Shown here piece by piece: positions 28,559 to 37,629 of a stretch of DNA of 64,000 nt. The notes under the pieces were generated by a model. The model saw only the letters and a list, made by a program, of their open reading frames with translations, had not been told where the DNA came from and searched no databases. Origin of the DNA: Candidatus Eiseniibacteriota bacterium (GTDB taxonomy: Bacteria > Eisenbacteria > RBG-16-71-46 > JABDJR01). The stretch lies in the NCBI GenBank assembly GCA_963762255.1, contig CAVXKA010000003.1, forward strand, positions 256,001 through 320,000. Reading direction: 5' to 3'. Both the position numbers and the translations under genes were made by a program. The stretch's first letter is position 1; every line of letters begins with the position of its first letter.

Positions 28559-29998
28559 TCAGGCTCCTAACGCAACGGCCGCGGCCCACGCCTCGCGAAC
28601 GAGGCCTGGGATCAGGCCCTCCTCTTCCACGGCGACGGTCCGGAGATCCAGGAGCACGCGCTCGTCCTGGATGCGGCCCACCAGGGCCGGCCGAACATGT
28701 CGCATGGCCCGCTCGAGGCGGGCCGCAGTAGCGTGCGGTCGCGGGTCGAGCGCGATCACGCTGCTCTTGAGCTTCTGCTCCGGCAGCGTGCCGCCTCCCA
28801 CCGCAGCGTCCGCGTCCTCCACGATCACCCGTGGAGCCGGCTCCGCAAGCTCGATCCGGATGCGCTCGGCCAGAAGGGCTGCGCGCTCCCGGATCCGCTC
28901 CGGCGTCTCGAAGAGCATAGCAAGTACGGGGATCTCCCTCTTCGCGCGCTCGGGAGAAACGTAGGAAACGAGGGTCGCCTGCAGTGCGGCCAGGAGGAGC
29001 TTGTCGATGCGCACCGCGCGGGCGAGAGGATCCGTTCGCAGCCGCGCCACCGCCTCGGCGCGCCCCACCGCGATGCCGGCCTGCGGCCCTCCCAGGAGCT
29101 TGTCCCCGCTGAATGTCACGAGATCGGGTCCCTCCGCCAGCACGTCGCTCACCAACGGCTCCGGGCGAATCCCCGCGCTGCCAACGGCCAGAAGTGCTCC
29201 GCTTCCCAAGTCGACCACCACCGGAATATCGTACGCATGCCCCACCTCCACGAGTTCGTGCAGGCTCACCTCGGCGGTAAACCCCTCGATGCGATAGTTG
29301 CTCGTATGCACCTTGAGCAGAAGGCCCGTCTCCGGACCGATCGCCTGCTCGAAATCCCGCCGGTGCGTTCGGTTGGTCGTCCCCACCTCGCGCAGGCGCG
29401 CCCCGCTCGCCCCAAGGATCTCGGGAATCCGGAACGAACCCCCGATCTCCACCAGCTCGCCCCGGGAGATGACGACTTCCTTCCCCCGGGCGAACGCGGC
29501 AAGACACAACATCACCGCTGCCGCGTTGTTGTTCACCACGACTGCATCCTCGGCCCCGGTGAGCAGCCGCAAGAGCTCGTTCACATGGTCCTGGCGCGAG
29601 CCGCGCCGGCCCAGGTCCAGGTCCATCTCAAGGTCCGAGTACCCTGCGGCGATCTCGGCGAGATGCCGCACGGCGACCGCCGAGAGCGGCGATCTCCCCA
29701 GATTGGTATGGATCAGAACCCCGGTGGCGTTGATCACCCGTTCGGGCCGAAGCGAGGTCAACTCGCGGAAACGACCCCGCACCCGCGCCGCCAGGGACTC
29801 CGGCGTGAGTGCCTCCGGCGACGCCGGGGCCTCACCCGCGACCAGCGCGCGGCGTGCCTCCTCCACCGCCTCGCGCACCAAAACGGCAAGGAGCCGGGGC
29901 GACCCGGGGAGCGGATCCGAACCCAGAACCGCGAGGACGGCATCGACCCCAGGAAGCCACCGAAGTCGTTCCCGGAGCTCAGGTTCCATGACAGTCAT
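28559..29998 (-). CDS. selA: L-seryl-tRNA(Sec) selenium transferase
   Basis: INATGVLIHTNLGRSP, VNNNAAA, SRGELVEIGGSFRIP, EVGTTNRT, KVHTSNY, FSGDKLLGGPQAG. Confidence 0.95.
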   Translation of the reverse strand: MTVMEPELRERLRWLPGVDAVLAVLGSDPLPGSPRLLAVLVREAVEEARRALVAGEAPASPEALTPESLAARVRGRFRELTSLRPERVINATGVLIHTNLGRSPLSAVAVRHLAEIAAGYSDLEMDLDLGRRGSRQDHVNELLRLLTGAEDAVVVNNNAAAVMLCLAAFARGKEVVISRGELVEIGGSFRIPEILGASGARLREVGTTNRTHRRDFEQAIGPETGLLLKVHTSNYRIEGFTAEVSLHELVEVGHAYDIPVVVDLGSGALLAVGSAGIRPEPLVSDVLAEGPDLVTFSGDKLLGGPQAGIAVGRAEAVARLRTDPLARAVRIDKLLLAALQATLVSYVSPERAKREIPVLAMLFETPERIRERAALLAERIRIELAEPAPRVIVEDADAAVGGGTLPEQKLKSSVIALDPRPHATAARLERAMRHVRPALVGRIQDERVLLDLRTVAVEEEGLIPGLVREAWAAAVALGA

Positions 29999-30141
29999 AA
30001 ATACCAGATCTGGTAGGCCCGGTCAAAAGGTTTTCCAGATCCTGGGGGTCCTGGAGTCGATTTCTATCCCGGCAACCATTGGCCATCCGCCCCCGCCGTC
30101 CGGTATGATGGTTCCACTTACCCCTCGGAGAGGCCGTCGCG

Positions 30142-30816
30142 TTGCCATCCCGAATCGCGGAGCAGAATCGCCTCTACAGGCGACGCATGTCCGTCACCCT
30201 CCCCATCGCGGCGACGTGCCTTCTGCTGACGCTGCTGATCGCTCCCGTCGAGACCGTTCCGCCCGAACGCATCCAATCGCTCGGGGTCCGCGGACCGCTA
30301 AGGGTTCTGCCCGAACTCGATATCGATCCCGATGTGTACACGGACGAGCGACTGACCGCCGCGCCCGTGTCGGTCATGTCCACCGACTTCGTCGCCCTCG
30401 AGTTGAGCTACGTCGCGGAGCCGCTCCACGAGGAGCCGGATGCCGAGCCGCCAGCAGTCGTACCTGAGCGAGAGCAATTGGAAGCGCTCACCATGGACGA
30501 CATCCAGGACGCGGTCCGCACCACCGGACTCCCCCTGCCCGCGGCGAGCGAGCTGGAGGTTCTGCACGTGGAGCGTCCGGTGTATCCGCGGCGAGCCATC
30601 GAGTTGGGCGTGGAGGGAAGGCTGGAGATCGCACTTCTGGTGGACGAGAAGGGCCGAGTCATTTACGCCCGAGCCATCGACCCGGATCGGTATCCTCTTC
30701 TCGAACAGGCTGCCACGGACGCCGCCTACCGTTATCTCTTCAGGCCTTACTTCGTCCGCGGCACCCCCACTTCGTTCTGGGTGCGCATCCCATTCGAGTT
30801 CAGGCTGCTCTCCTGA
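30142..30816 (+). CDS. Energy transducer TonB-like protein
   Basis: N-terminal TM helix, acidic linker, PVYPRRA...GVEG..VDEKG.V C-terminal TonB domain; start uncertain. Confidence 0.75.
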   Translation: MPSRIAEQNRLYRRRMSVTLPIAATCLLLTLLIAPVETVPPERIQSLGVRGPLRVLPELDIDPDVYTDERLTAAPVSVMSTDFVALELSYVAEPLHEEPDAEPPAVVPEREQLEALTMDDIQDAVRTTGLPLPAASELEVLHVERPVYPRRAIELGVEGRLEIALLVDEKGRVIYARAIDPDRYPLLEQAATDAAYRYLFRPYFVRGTPTSFWVRIPFEFRLLS

Positions 30817-30831
30817 ACCGCAGCGGCGGAC

Positions 30832-31338
30832 TCAGATCCCGAATCGCCCGAAGTCCCCCGGATCCATGTCCTCCAGCAATTTCTTGAGCTCGGCTATCTT
30901 TTCTTTCTCGGACTTCTCCGCCGGCCTGGCCGGCGCGCCCGCGGCCTGGCCCGCCCCCAGCACCTCCTCCGCCACGAAGATGGGCGCTTGGGCCCGCAGA
31001 GCCACTGCGATCGAATCGGAGGGGCGGGCATCCACCAGGATCTGCTGGCCGCCGCTCTCCAAGTGGATCTCCGCGAAGAAGGTGTTCTCCTTGAGGGCCG
31101 TGATGGTGATTCCGACCACGCGGGCCTTGAGACTTCTGATCAGCGTCAGCATGAGGTCATGGCTCATCGGGCGCTCGGGCTTCTCATCGGCGAGCACGAT
31201 CCCGATGGACCTTGCCTCCGGCTCCCCGATCCAGATGGGCAGGATCCGCTCGCCTTCCTCCTCCTGGAGGATGACGATAGGGGACTTGGACCGCTCATCC
31301 ATCATGAGACCGCGGACCCGAACCCGGATCAGAGCCAT
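30832..31338 (-). CDS. Bifunctional nuclease family protein (DUF151)
   Basis: LPIWIG..EA, RPMSHDL, DARPSDSIAVALR. Confidence 0.9.
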   Translation of the reverse strand: MALIRVRVRGLMMDERSKSPIVILQEEEGERILPIWIGEPEARSIGIVLADEKPERPMSHDLMLTLIRSLKARVVGITITALKENTFFAEIHLESGGQQILVDARPSDSIAVALRAQAPIFVAEEVLGAGQAAGAPARPAEKSEKEKIAELKKLLEDMDPGDFGRFGI

Positions 31339-31359
31339 GGTTCCCCCCTCGCCGGCCGA

Positions 31360-32595
31360 CTATCGGGACGCCTTGGCGCGAACCTCATCCGGTGTGCCCA
31401 GAGTCGCCGGGTCGTCGTCGAGATGGTTCAGCAGATAGTCAGCCGACTTGCGCCATTCGGAGTCGCCGAATTTGCTCTGCATGCGCATGAGCGCTTTACG
31501 CGCGGCCGGCTTATTGCCCATTTTGACGAGCTGAGTATAGCCGATCATGAATTGCGCCCGACCCGCATGCTCACACTCCGAGAAATCAGCGGCCACGCGG
31601 CGGAAGAGTTCGATCTTCGTGATGTCTTCCCCGGCCTCGTCGGCCAATTGCATCAGACGTTCGCAGTTGTTGGGAATGCCGGTGAACGTCTCGAAGTTAT
31701 CGGTATCGTACTCCACCCCCACCTTGTCCCGCGCCTCGTTCAGAGCCTCGTTGTAGACGAGTCCGAAGCGCTGCCGGATCATCGGCTCGGCAATCTTGTC
31801 GTAGACCTGGTCCAAGGGAAGCAAGTCCCCGCCTTCCCGCTTCTCCACCCGGACCACGTGCCATCCCTTCTGGGTCTGCACGATGTCGACGTCGCCCTGG
31901 CGCATGCTCAACACCTTCTCGGCGAACATCTCGTTGCGACCCAACCCGGGGATCTCGGAGTTCTCCTGGACGTATCCCAGCGCGCCGCCGAGGTCCCGGG
32001 TCGCGTCATCCAACGAGTAGCGCTTGGCCAGCGCGCCGAAGTCGGCGCCGGTCTCGGCCTCCCGAGCCACCCGGCGGGCTTCCGCCTCGCTCCCCAGGAG
32101 GATGTGGCGCACCGCCACCCGCGATGGGGTGAGATAGAGATCCTGGTGCTGCATGTAGAACTCCTCGACCTCGGAGCGGGTCGGGGTGGCCTTGTCCTGC
32201 AGCACGGTCTCCATGTAGTGGGTGGAAAGGAACTGCGACTCCAGAGCCGCGACCTGGTGCCGCTCGCCCTGGGTGAGCTTGAATCCTTCCTGGCGCGCGA
32301 TCTCCGCCCACACGAACTGGTCGACCAGGCTCGCGAGTGCGACCTGAACGATGTCCGGATTCTTCATGTAGTTCTCGGTGTTCTCCGGGCTGCTGACCTT
32401 GAGCATGTGGTTTCTCAGGTCTTCGGCGGTGACCGTCATGTCCCCCACCCGGGCCAACACGAGGCTCATCCGACCGGTGCTGTCCGGAGACTCCGTCCGG
32501 GCCGCGGCCGACCCGCCGGTCTCCGGCTTCCGTCCGCATCCGGTCGCGATCAGGATCAAGAGCGCCGTCAGAACTGCATAGCGTTTCATGAGCAC
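31360..32595 (-). CDS. PpiC-type peptidyl-prolyl isomerase lipoprotein with TPR-like C-terminus
   Basis: Lipobox ATGC, VRHIL, F..LAKRYS.D, GGALG, T.KGWHVV. Confidence 0.85.
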   Translation of the reverse strand: MLMKRYAVLTALLILIATGCGRKPETGGSAAARTESPDSTGRMSLVLARVGDMTVTAEDLRNHMLKVSSPENTENYMKNPDIVQVALASLVDQFVWAEIARQEGFKLTQGERHQVAALESQFLSTHYMETVLQDKATPTRSEVEEFYMQHQDLYLTPSRVAVRHILLGSEAEARRVAREAETGADFGALAKRYSLDDATRDLGGALGYVQENSEIPGLGRNEMFAEKVLSMRQGDVDIVQTQKGWHVVRVEKREGGDLLPLDQVYDKIAEPMIRQRFGLVYNEALNEARDKVGVEYDTDNFETFTGIPNNCERLMQLADEAGEDITKIELFRRVAADFSECEHAGRAQFMIGYTQLVKMGNKPAARKALMRMQSKFGDSEWRKSADYLLNHLDDDPATLGTPDEVRAKASR

Positions 32596-32608
32596 CCCGC
32601 AGTCGCCG

Positions 32609-33052
32609 TCACTTCTTGACGACCCAGACCTTCACTTTTCCTTCCACGTCCTGAAACAGCTTGACCGGCACTGTATAGACGCCGAGCTGCTTGAGCGGCT
32701 CATCGAGGACGATCTTGCGCTTGTCGACCTCGATGCCCTGCGCGTTGAGCGCTTCCGCGATATCCGCGGAGGTCACCGACCCGAACAGGCGGTCCTCCTC
32801 GCCGACTTCGACGGGAATGTGAACGGAGACGTTCTCGAAACGCTTCGCCGATTCCTCCGCCTTGCGGCGCGTCTTGGTCTCGCGATGAACGCGCTGCCGG
32901 TCCAGCTCACTGAAGATCTTCGCTCCCGCACCGGCCGCAGAGATGGCGAGCTGGTTGGGGATGAGGTAGTTGCGGGCGTAGCCGGGCGACACGTTGACCT
33001 TCTGCCCGCGCTGCCCCATTCCCTTGACGTTTTCGAGCAGGATGATTTCCAT
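32609..33052 (-). CDS. rplI: 50S ribosomal protein L9
   Basis: GYARNYLIP, LFGSVT, PLKQLG. Confidence 0.97.
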   Translation of the reverse strand: MEIILLENVKGMGQRGQKVNVSPGYARNYLIPNQLAISAAGAGAKIFSELDRQRVHRETKTRRKAEESAKRFENVSVHIPVEVGEEDRLFGSVTSADIAEALNAQGIEVDKRKIVLDEPLKQLGVYTVPVKLFQDVEGKVKVWVVKK

Positions 33053-33070
33053 CTCGGCTTCCTCCCTCGC

Positions 33071-33319
33071 TCAGCGAAGCTGGTCGTTGGTGTACGGAAG
33101 AAGCGCGAGCACCCGCGCGCGCTTGATCGCGCGCGTGATCTGCGCCTGATGACGGGAGCAGGAACCCGACACCCGGCGCGGCACGATCTTCCCGTGGTCG
33201 GTGATGAACCGCTGCAGCTTGCGCTCGTCCTTGTAGTCGACAAACGTCACCTTCTCGAAACACAATTTGCAGTACTTCTTCTTCGGAATCCGGGGACCCT
33301 TGGTCTTGGGCACGATCAA
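33071..33319 (-). CDS. rpsR: 30S ribosomal protein S18 (Cys-containing form)
   Basis: CKLC, VDYKD, GKIVPRRVSG.C..HQ, AIKRAR. Confidence 0.97.
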   Translation of the reverse strand: MIVPKTKGPRIPKKKYCKLCFEKVTFVDYKDERKLQRFITDHGKIVPRRVSGSCSRHQAQITRAIKRARVLALLPYTNDQLR

Positions 33320-33347
33320 CCTCCCTTATATGCCGGGCTCTGCCGGC

Positions 33348-33716
33348 CTATTCCTCGCCGTCGCCGTCGGCATCGACGTCATCGCGGAGACCCTCTTCCC
33401 GCTCCGGCCCGAGCTCGCCCGCCGGCGGGGCCTCGTGCAGCACGGTCAGGAACCGGATCATGTTCTCGTTGAGCCGATAGCGGCGGTTCAGTTCGGCGGG
33501 CAATTCCGATGTGCTCTTGAAGCGGATGAGGGTGTAGATCCCCTCCTTGCGTCGGTTGACCTCGTAGGCCAGCTTGCGGCGTCCCCACTTCTGAATCTCG
33601 GTGATCTCTCCGCTACGTGTCGTGATGAACTCCCGGATCTTCTCGACCTCCACGTCCACGCGGGCGTCATCGACCGCCGGATCCAGGACGAAGATGCTCT
33701 CGTACTCTTTCATCAT
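33348..33716 (-). CDS. rpsF: 30S ribosomal protein S6
   Basis: YESIFVLDP, WGRRKLAYEV, EGIY. Confidence 0.97.
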   Translation of the reverse strand: MMKEYESIFVLDPAVDDARVDVEVEKIREFITTRSGEITEIQKWGRRKLAYEVNRRKEGIYTLIRFKSTSELPAELNRRYRLNENMIRFLTVLHEAPPAGELGPEREEGLRDDVDADGDGEE

Positions 33717-33726
33717 ATGTCTCTCC

Positions 33727-34308
33727 TCAGGTGGTCCTGGGAACGTTGAAACGGTTCATGGCTGTCTCCGGACCCTCCGAAAGGAAGGTCCTCACTCCCG
33801 CGGCGGCCGCCTCCAGCCAGGGCCCGATCGCCGCCTCTTCTTCGGGAGCGAATGGCTCCAAGACGTATTCGCGCAAGTCCCGACCATCCGGCGCGCCGCC
33901 GACCCCCAACCGCAGTCGCGGCACCTCCTCGGTGCCCAGTCGGTCCAGGATCGACTCCAACCCGCGGTGTCCGCCCGCGCTCCCCCGCGCCCGAAACCGA
34001 ATGGCGCCGAACGGAAGCGCGGCATCGTCGAGCACCACCAAGTGCCCGACCGGTCCTGCCGCGGCCGATTCCGGAAACCGAAGAAGCGCGTCGCCGCTTC
34101 GGTTCATCATGGTGGTGGGCCGGAAGAGTGCGACTCGCGTCTCCCCCTCCACGGCCCAACTCACCCGGTACCCGGCCTCCGCGTGTTCCGGCCCCGCTTT
34201 CATTTCCCGGGCCAGGACATCCAGGAGGCGGAAACCGATGTTGTGACGGGTCGGCGCATACCGGGGTCCAGGATTGCCCAACCCGACCACAACTCGAATC
34301 TCCGGCAA
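33727..34308 (-). CDS. pth: Peptidyl-tRNA hydrolase
   Basis: GLGNPG..Y..TRHNIGF, MNRSG, GSAGGH.GL, RLRLGVG. Confidence 0.95.
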   Translation of the reverse strand: MPEIRVVVGLGNPGPRYAPTRHNIGFRLLDVLAREMKAGPEHAEAGYRVSWAVEGETRVALFRPTTMMNRSGDALLRFPESAAAGPVGHLVVLDDAALPFGAIRFRARGSAGGHRGLESILDRLGTEEVPRLRLGVGGAPDGRDLREYVLEPFAPEEEAAIGPWLEAAAAGVRTFLSEGPETAMNRFNVPRTT

Positions 34309-34311
34309 GGG

Positions 34312-34980
34312 CTACTCCTTCTCGTCGCCCTTCCCTTCCTCGTCTTCCTTCTTCTTACCGACCAGCTCGGGCTCGACAGCGGTCTCCGTCGTCTCCCCGG
34401 CCACCGGCTCCTTGGTGATCGTCGGCGGCACCACCGAAGCGATCGCCACCGTCGTCTCCTCGAGGATCTCGACGTCGGGAATACTGAGATCGCTCACGTG
34501 CAGCGAGTCGCCGATCATGAGCTGCGACACGTCCACGGTGATTTGGTCGGGGATGTTCGCCGCGAGACACTTGATGAGGAGCGAGCGCACCGCGTGCTGC
34601 AGGATGCCCCCGAACTCCTTCACCCCCACCGGCATCCCCGTCACGTTGACCGGCACTTCGACTTCAATGCGCTCGGTCATCGAGATGCGATTGAGGTCCA
34701 CGTGGACTACTTCCTGGGTGAGGGGATCGACCTGGACCTCGCGGATCAGGGTCTTCACCGCTTCCGACTCTCCGCTGACCATGAAGTCGATGATCAGGTT
34801 GGAGATGGTGTGCCCCTTTACGAGACGCAGGAACTCACGCCCGTCGAACTCGACGAGCACCGGATCCTTGCGCTCGCCGTAGAGGATTCCGGGCACCCCG
34901 CCGTTCTGGCGGATCTTGCGAGCCGCGCCCTTCCCGGTGCCGGTGCGGACCTTTGCGTTCAGCTGGACCGTCGTTGACAT
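34312..34980 (-). CDS. rplY: 50S ribosomal protein L25 / Ctc
   Basis: GKGAARKIR, VPGILYG, HVDL, GVKEFGG, acidic tail. Confidence 0.95.
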   Translation of the reverse strand: MSTTVQLNAKVRTGTGKGAARKIRQNGGVPGILYGERKDPVLVEFDGREFLRLVKGHTISNLIIDFMVSGESEAVKTLIREVQVDPLTQEVVHVDLNRISMTERIEVEVPVNVTGMPVGVKEFGGILQHAVRSLLIKCLAANIPDQITVDVSQLMIGDSLHVSDLSIPDVEILEETTVAIASVVPPTITKEPVAGETTETAVEPELVGKKKEDEEGKGDEKE

Positions 34981-35041
34981 CTTGGTTCTCTCCTTCTCGC
35001 TGCGCGCCCGTCCCGGAAGGGACGGACCGGTTCCGCCCGCG

Positions 35042-35986
35042 TCAAATGAAAAGCGAGCTCAAAGACTCTTCCTGATGGATGCGGTGAATGGCCTCGCCGA
35101 GGATCCTCGCCACCGAGAGTATCTCCACTCGATCGGTGTGCGCCGCCAGCTCGGCCGGGTCGCGATAGATGGTGTCGGTCACTGCGAGGCTGGAAATGTC
35201 CGAACGGTTGAGTTTCTCGTAGGCGCTTTCGGAGAAGACCGCGTGGGTCACGCAGGCCATGATCTTCTGGGCGCCGCGCTCCTTGAGGGCGCGGGCCGCC
35301 TTGATCAGCGTTCCCCCGGTCGAGATGATGTCGTCGAAGATCACCACGTTCTTGCCGTTCACGTCGCCGATGACGTTCATCACGTCGATCTCGTCGTGGC
35401 GGGGACGCCGTTTGTCGATGAGGGCGAGCGGGGCCTCGAGCCGGGTGGCGTAGGCACGGGCCATCTTGACGCTGCCGATGTCGGGGGCCACCACCACGAG
35501 ATTGGACGGGAAGCGCGACTTGACGTGCTCCACAAACACCGGGGACGCGTAGAGATGGTCGAAGGGGATGTCGAAGAACCCCTGGATCTGGGCCGAGTGC
35601 AGATCCATGGTGAGTACCCGCTCCGCCCCCGCCGTGGTCATGAGATTGGCCATGAGCTTGGCGGTGATGGGCACCCGCGGCTGATCCTTGCGGTCCTGTC
35701 GCGCGTAGCCGAAGTACGGAATCACGGCGGTAACTCGGCGGGGCGACGCGCGTCGGATCGCGTCGAGCATGACGAGCAACTCCATGATGTTGCGGGCGGG
35801 GGAATTCGTGGACTGGATGACGAAGACGTCGTGTCCGCGGATGTTCTCCGTGATCTTGACCCAGGTCTCCCCGTCCGCGAAGTCACGCACGTCCGCCTCC
35901 CCCAAGGGTCGCTTGAGGTAGCGGCAGATCTCCTGCGCGAGCGGACGGTTCGCGTTTCCGGAGAAGATCTTGAGCATGCTGTCCAA
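35042..35986 (-). CDS. prs: Ribose-phosphate pyrophosphokinase
   Basis: FADGE, PYFGYARQDRK, DLHSAQIQGFF, APDIG, DDIISTGGT; TTG start after GGGGAG. Confidence 0.97.
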   Translation of the reverse strand: MDSMLKIFSGNANRPLAQEICRYLKRPLGEADVRDFADGETWVKITENIRGHDVFVIQSTNSPARNIMELLVMLDAIRRASPRRVTAVIPYFGYARQDRKDQPRVPITAKLMANLMTTAGAERVLTMDLHSAQIQGFFDIPFDHLYASPVFVEHVKSRFPSNLVVVAPDIGSVKMARAYATRLEAPLALIDKRRPRHDEIDVMNVIGDVNGKNVVIFDDIISTGGTLIKAARALKERGAQKIMACVTHAVFSESAYEKLNRSDISSLAVTDTIYRDPAELAAHTDRVEILSVARILGEAIHRIHQEESLSSLFI

Positions 35987-36131
35987 GGCGGTCTCCCCCC
36001 GGCGGCGTCCTCGGGAGCCGAGGCTCTCGCGGACGGCGGCCATGTGCGGACACGGATCGCCCGGCGCTCGCGCCGCGCGCAGTGTCGAATGTCGAATCAA
36101 GGAATGCGGGCGCGCCCGGCGCCCTAGGCTC

Positions 36132-36241
36132 GACGTATCCGGAAGTCCCGAAGCCGGCCTGTCCCGAGTCTCGCTCGAACGGCACGCACGCGGCAGTGGA
36201 TAAGCCGCGGATCTAAGGTGAGATACGACCTCGGATACGTC
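36132..36241 (-). ncRNA. Candidate structured RNA in the spoVG-prs spacer
   Basis: Closing stem 36132-36147 with 36227-36241 (GACGTATCCG/CGGATACGTC) encloses three smaller hairpins; no family recognised. Confidence 0.35.
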
Positions 36242-36294
36242 CGCTCGTCCCCGATCACTTAGCCCGGGGCATGCTGCGAAACTCGCTGGAGTCC

Positions 36295-36582
36295 CTAGGA
36301 CTCCTGGCTCGGCCGGGGAACTCCGGCACGAAGCATGCGATTGTACTCGGCCAAGACCGTGTCTTCAACGACTTTTCTGAACTCCGGCAGGATGGGGTGG
36401 GCCACGTCCTGGAAGGACCCATTCCGGCGCCGGCGGTTGGGCATGGCCAGGAGAAGGTGCCCCTCGTCCGTCACGATCACCTTGATCCCGTGGACGACAA
36501 AGGAGTCATCAAAAACCAAGCTCACGTAGGCCCGCACGCGCGGGTCGTGTCTGAGGCTTACGCGAACCTCGGTGATAGTCAT
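36295..36582 (-). CDS. spoVG: SpoVG family nucleic-acid-binding protein
   Basis: ITEVRV, FDDSFVVHGIKVI, AMPNRR, FQDVAHPI. Confidence 0.92.
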   Translation of the reverse strand: MTITEVRVSLRHDPRVRAYVSLVFDDSFVVHGIKVIVTDEGHLLLAMPNRRRRNGSFQDVAHPILPEFRKVVEDTVLAEYNRMLRAGVPRPSQES

Positions 36583-36705
36583 CAGATCTCCGCCGGGAGG
36601 GTGGGACGGTGAACGCCCGGACGGGCGCTACCGTTCCAACCTGGCCAGTCACGCCTCCACGGGCGGTGGCCCACCGGGACCCGGTAGGACAGCCGCGCGT
36701 ATCGG

Positions 36706-37629
36706 CTATGAAATGACCCTGGCCCCGTGCCTCACCGGAGCACAGGCCGAAAGCCTGCACCCCGTGCACGTCCCCTCTGCGGCGAGCCATCGTTCGGCGG
36801 TCCCCTGGGTCTCATGGAGAGCGAACTGAGTCGAGCCGCTCCCCGTGAGACTTACCGCCATGGCGCCGCGCGCGAGAAGTTCGTGCCGGATCGTGGCCAG
36901 CCGGGGTTCTATCCGGACTACCCCGACGTACAGGTCGTTGACTAGATGGTCGACGAACCGCTTGCGATCGCCCTGCATCAGGGCATCGAGCAGCAGATTG
37001 ATGCTCGCGTCCGAAAAAGTCAAGTTTTCTGACAGTTGTTGAAAGGCCGCAGCGGTGGAAATCCGAAAGGGCGGGACGGCAAGGAGCCAGCCGAAATCCG
37101 GGGGTGGAGGCAGCGAGATCAGACGCTCGCCCCGGCCCTCCCCCAGCGCCGTGCCTCCCATCAGGAAGAAAGGCACGTCGGAGCCGAGCGCCAACGCGAG
37201 GCGGGCGGTCTCCTCCGGGTCCGGGTCCAGGCCCCAGATGCGTTCCAGACCCAGGAGCGCCGCCGCGGCATCGCTGGACCCCCCGCCCAGGCCTCCCCCC
37301 ACCGGTACGTTCTTGACCAACCGCATCTGGACCCCTCGCCCGGGCGCACGTCGGCGGGCCATCAATTCCGCCGCGCGCCGCACGAGGTTCTGCTCCGGAG
37401 GGCCTGAGGCTTCGGCCTCGGGCCCTTCCACGAGGAGGTCCACCCCCGCACCTGGACGTCGGTCCCGCATGAAGAGGCGGTCAGCGAGGTCGATCGCCTG
37501 GAAGACGGTCCGCAGCTCGTGATAGCCGTCCTCGCGCCGCCCCGCGACGTGAAGAGCCAGGTTGAGCTTGGCCGGCGCTTCGGCCTCGAGATCCCAGGAC
37601 CCGCGCGAGGGATCAGAGCCGGCCGGCAT
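36706..37629 (-). CDS. ispE: 4-diphosphocytidyl-2-C-methyl-D-erythritol kinase
   Basis: APAKLNL, DGYHEL, PVGGGLGGGSSDAA, LGSDVPFF, TGSGS. Confidence 0.95.
   Translation of the reverse strand: MPAGSDPSRGSWDLEAEAPAKLNLALHVAGRREDGYHELRTVFQAIDLADRLFMRDRRPGAGVDLLVEGPEAEASGPPEQNLVRRAAELMARRRAPGRGVQMRLVKNVPVGGGLGGGSSDAAAALLGLERIWGLDPDPEETARLALALGSDVPFFLMGGTALGEGRGERLISLPPPPDFGWLLAVPPFRISTAAAFQQLSENLTFSDASINLLLDALMQGDRKRFVDHLVNDLYVGVVRIEPRLATIRHELLARGAMAVSLTGSGSTQFALHETQGTAERWLAAEGTCTGCRLSACAPVRHGARVIS

Noticed and set aside
36600-36665. ZMP/ZTP riboswitch (minus strand CGTGACTGGC ... GCCCGTCCGGGC)
   Set aside because: P2, the linker and the pseudoknot complementarity are missing, and the downstream gene (spoVG) does not fit
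35990-36705. tRNA-Gln or tRNA-Sec in the ispE-spoVG-prs spacers
   Set aside because: No T-arm GTTCRA in a cloverleaf context, no acceptor stem or CCA
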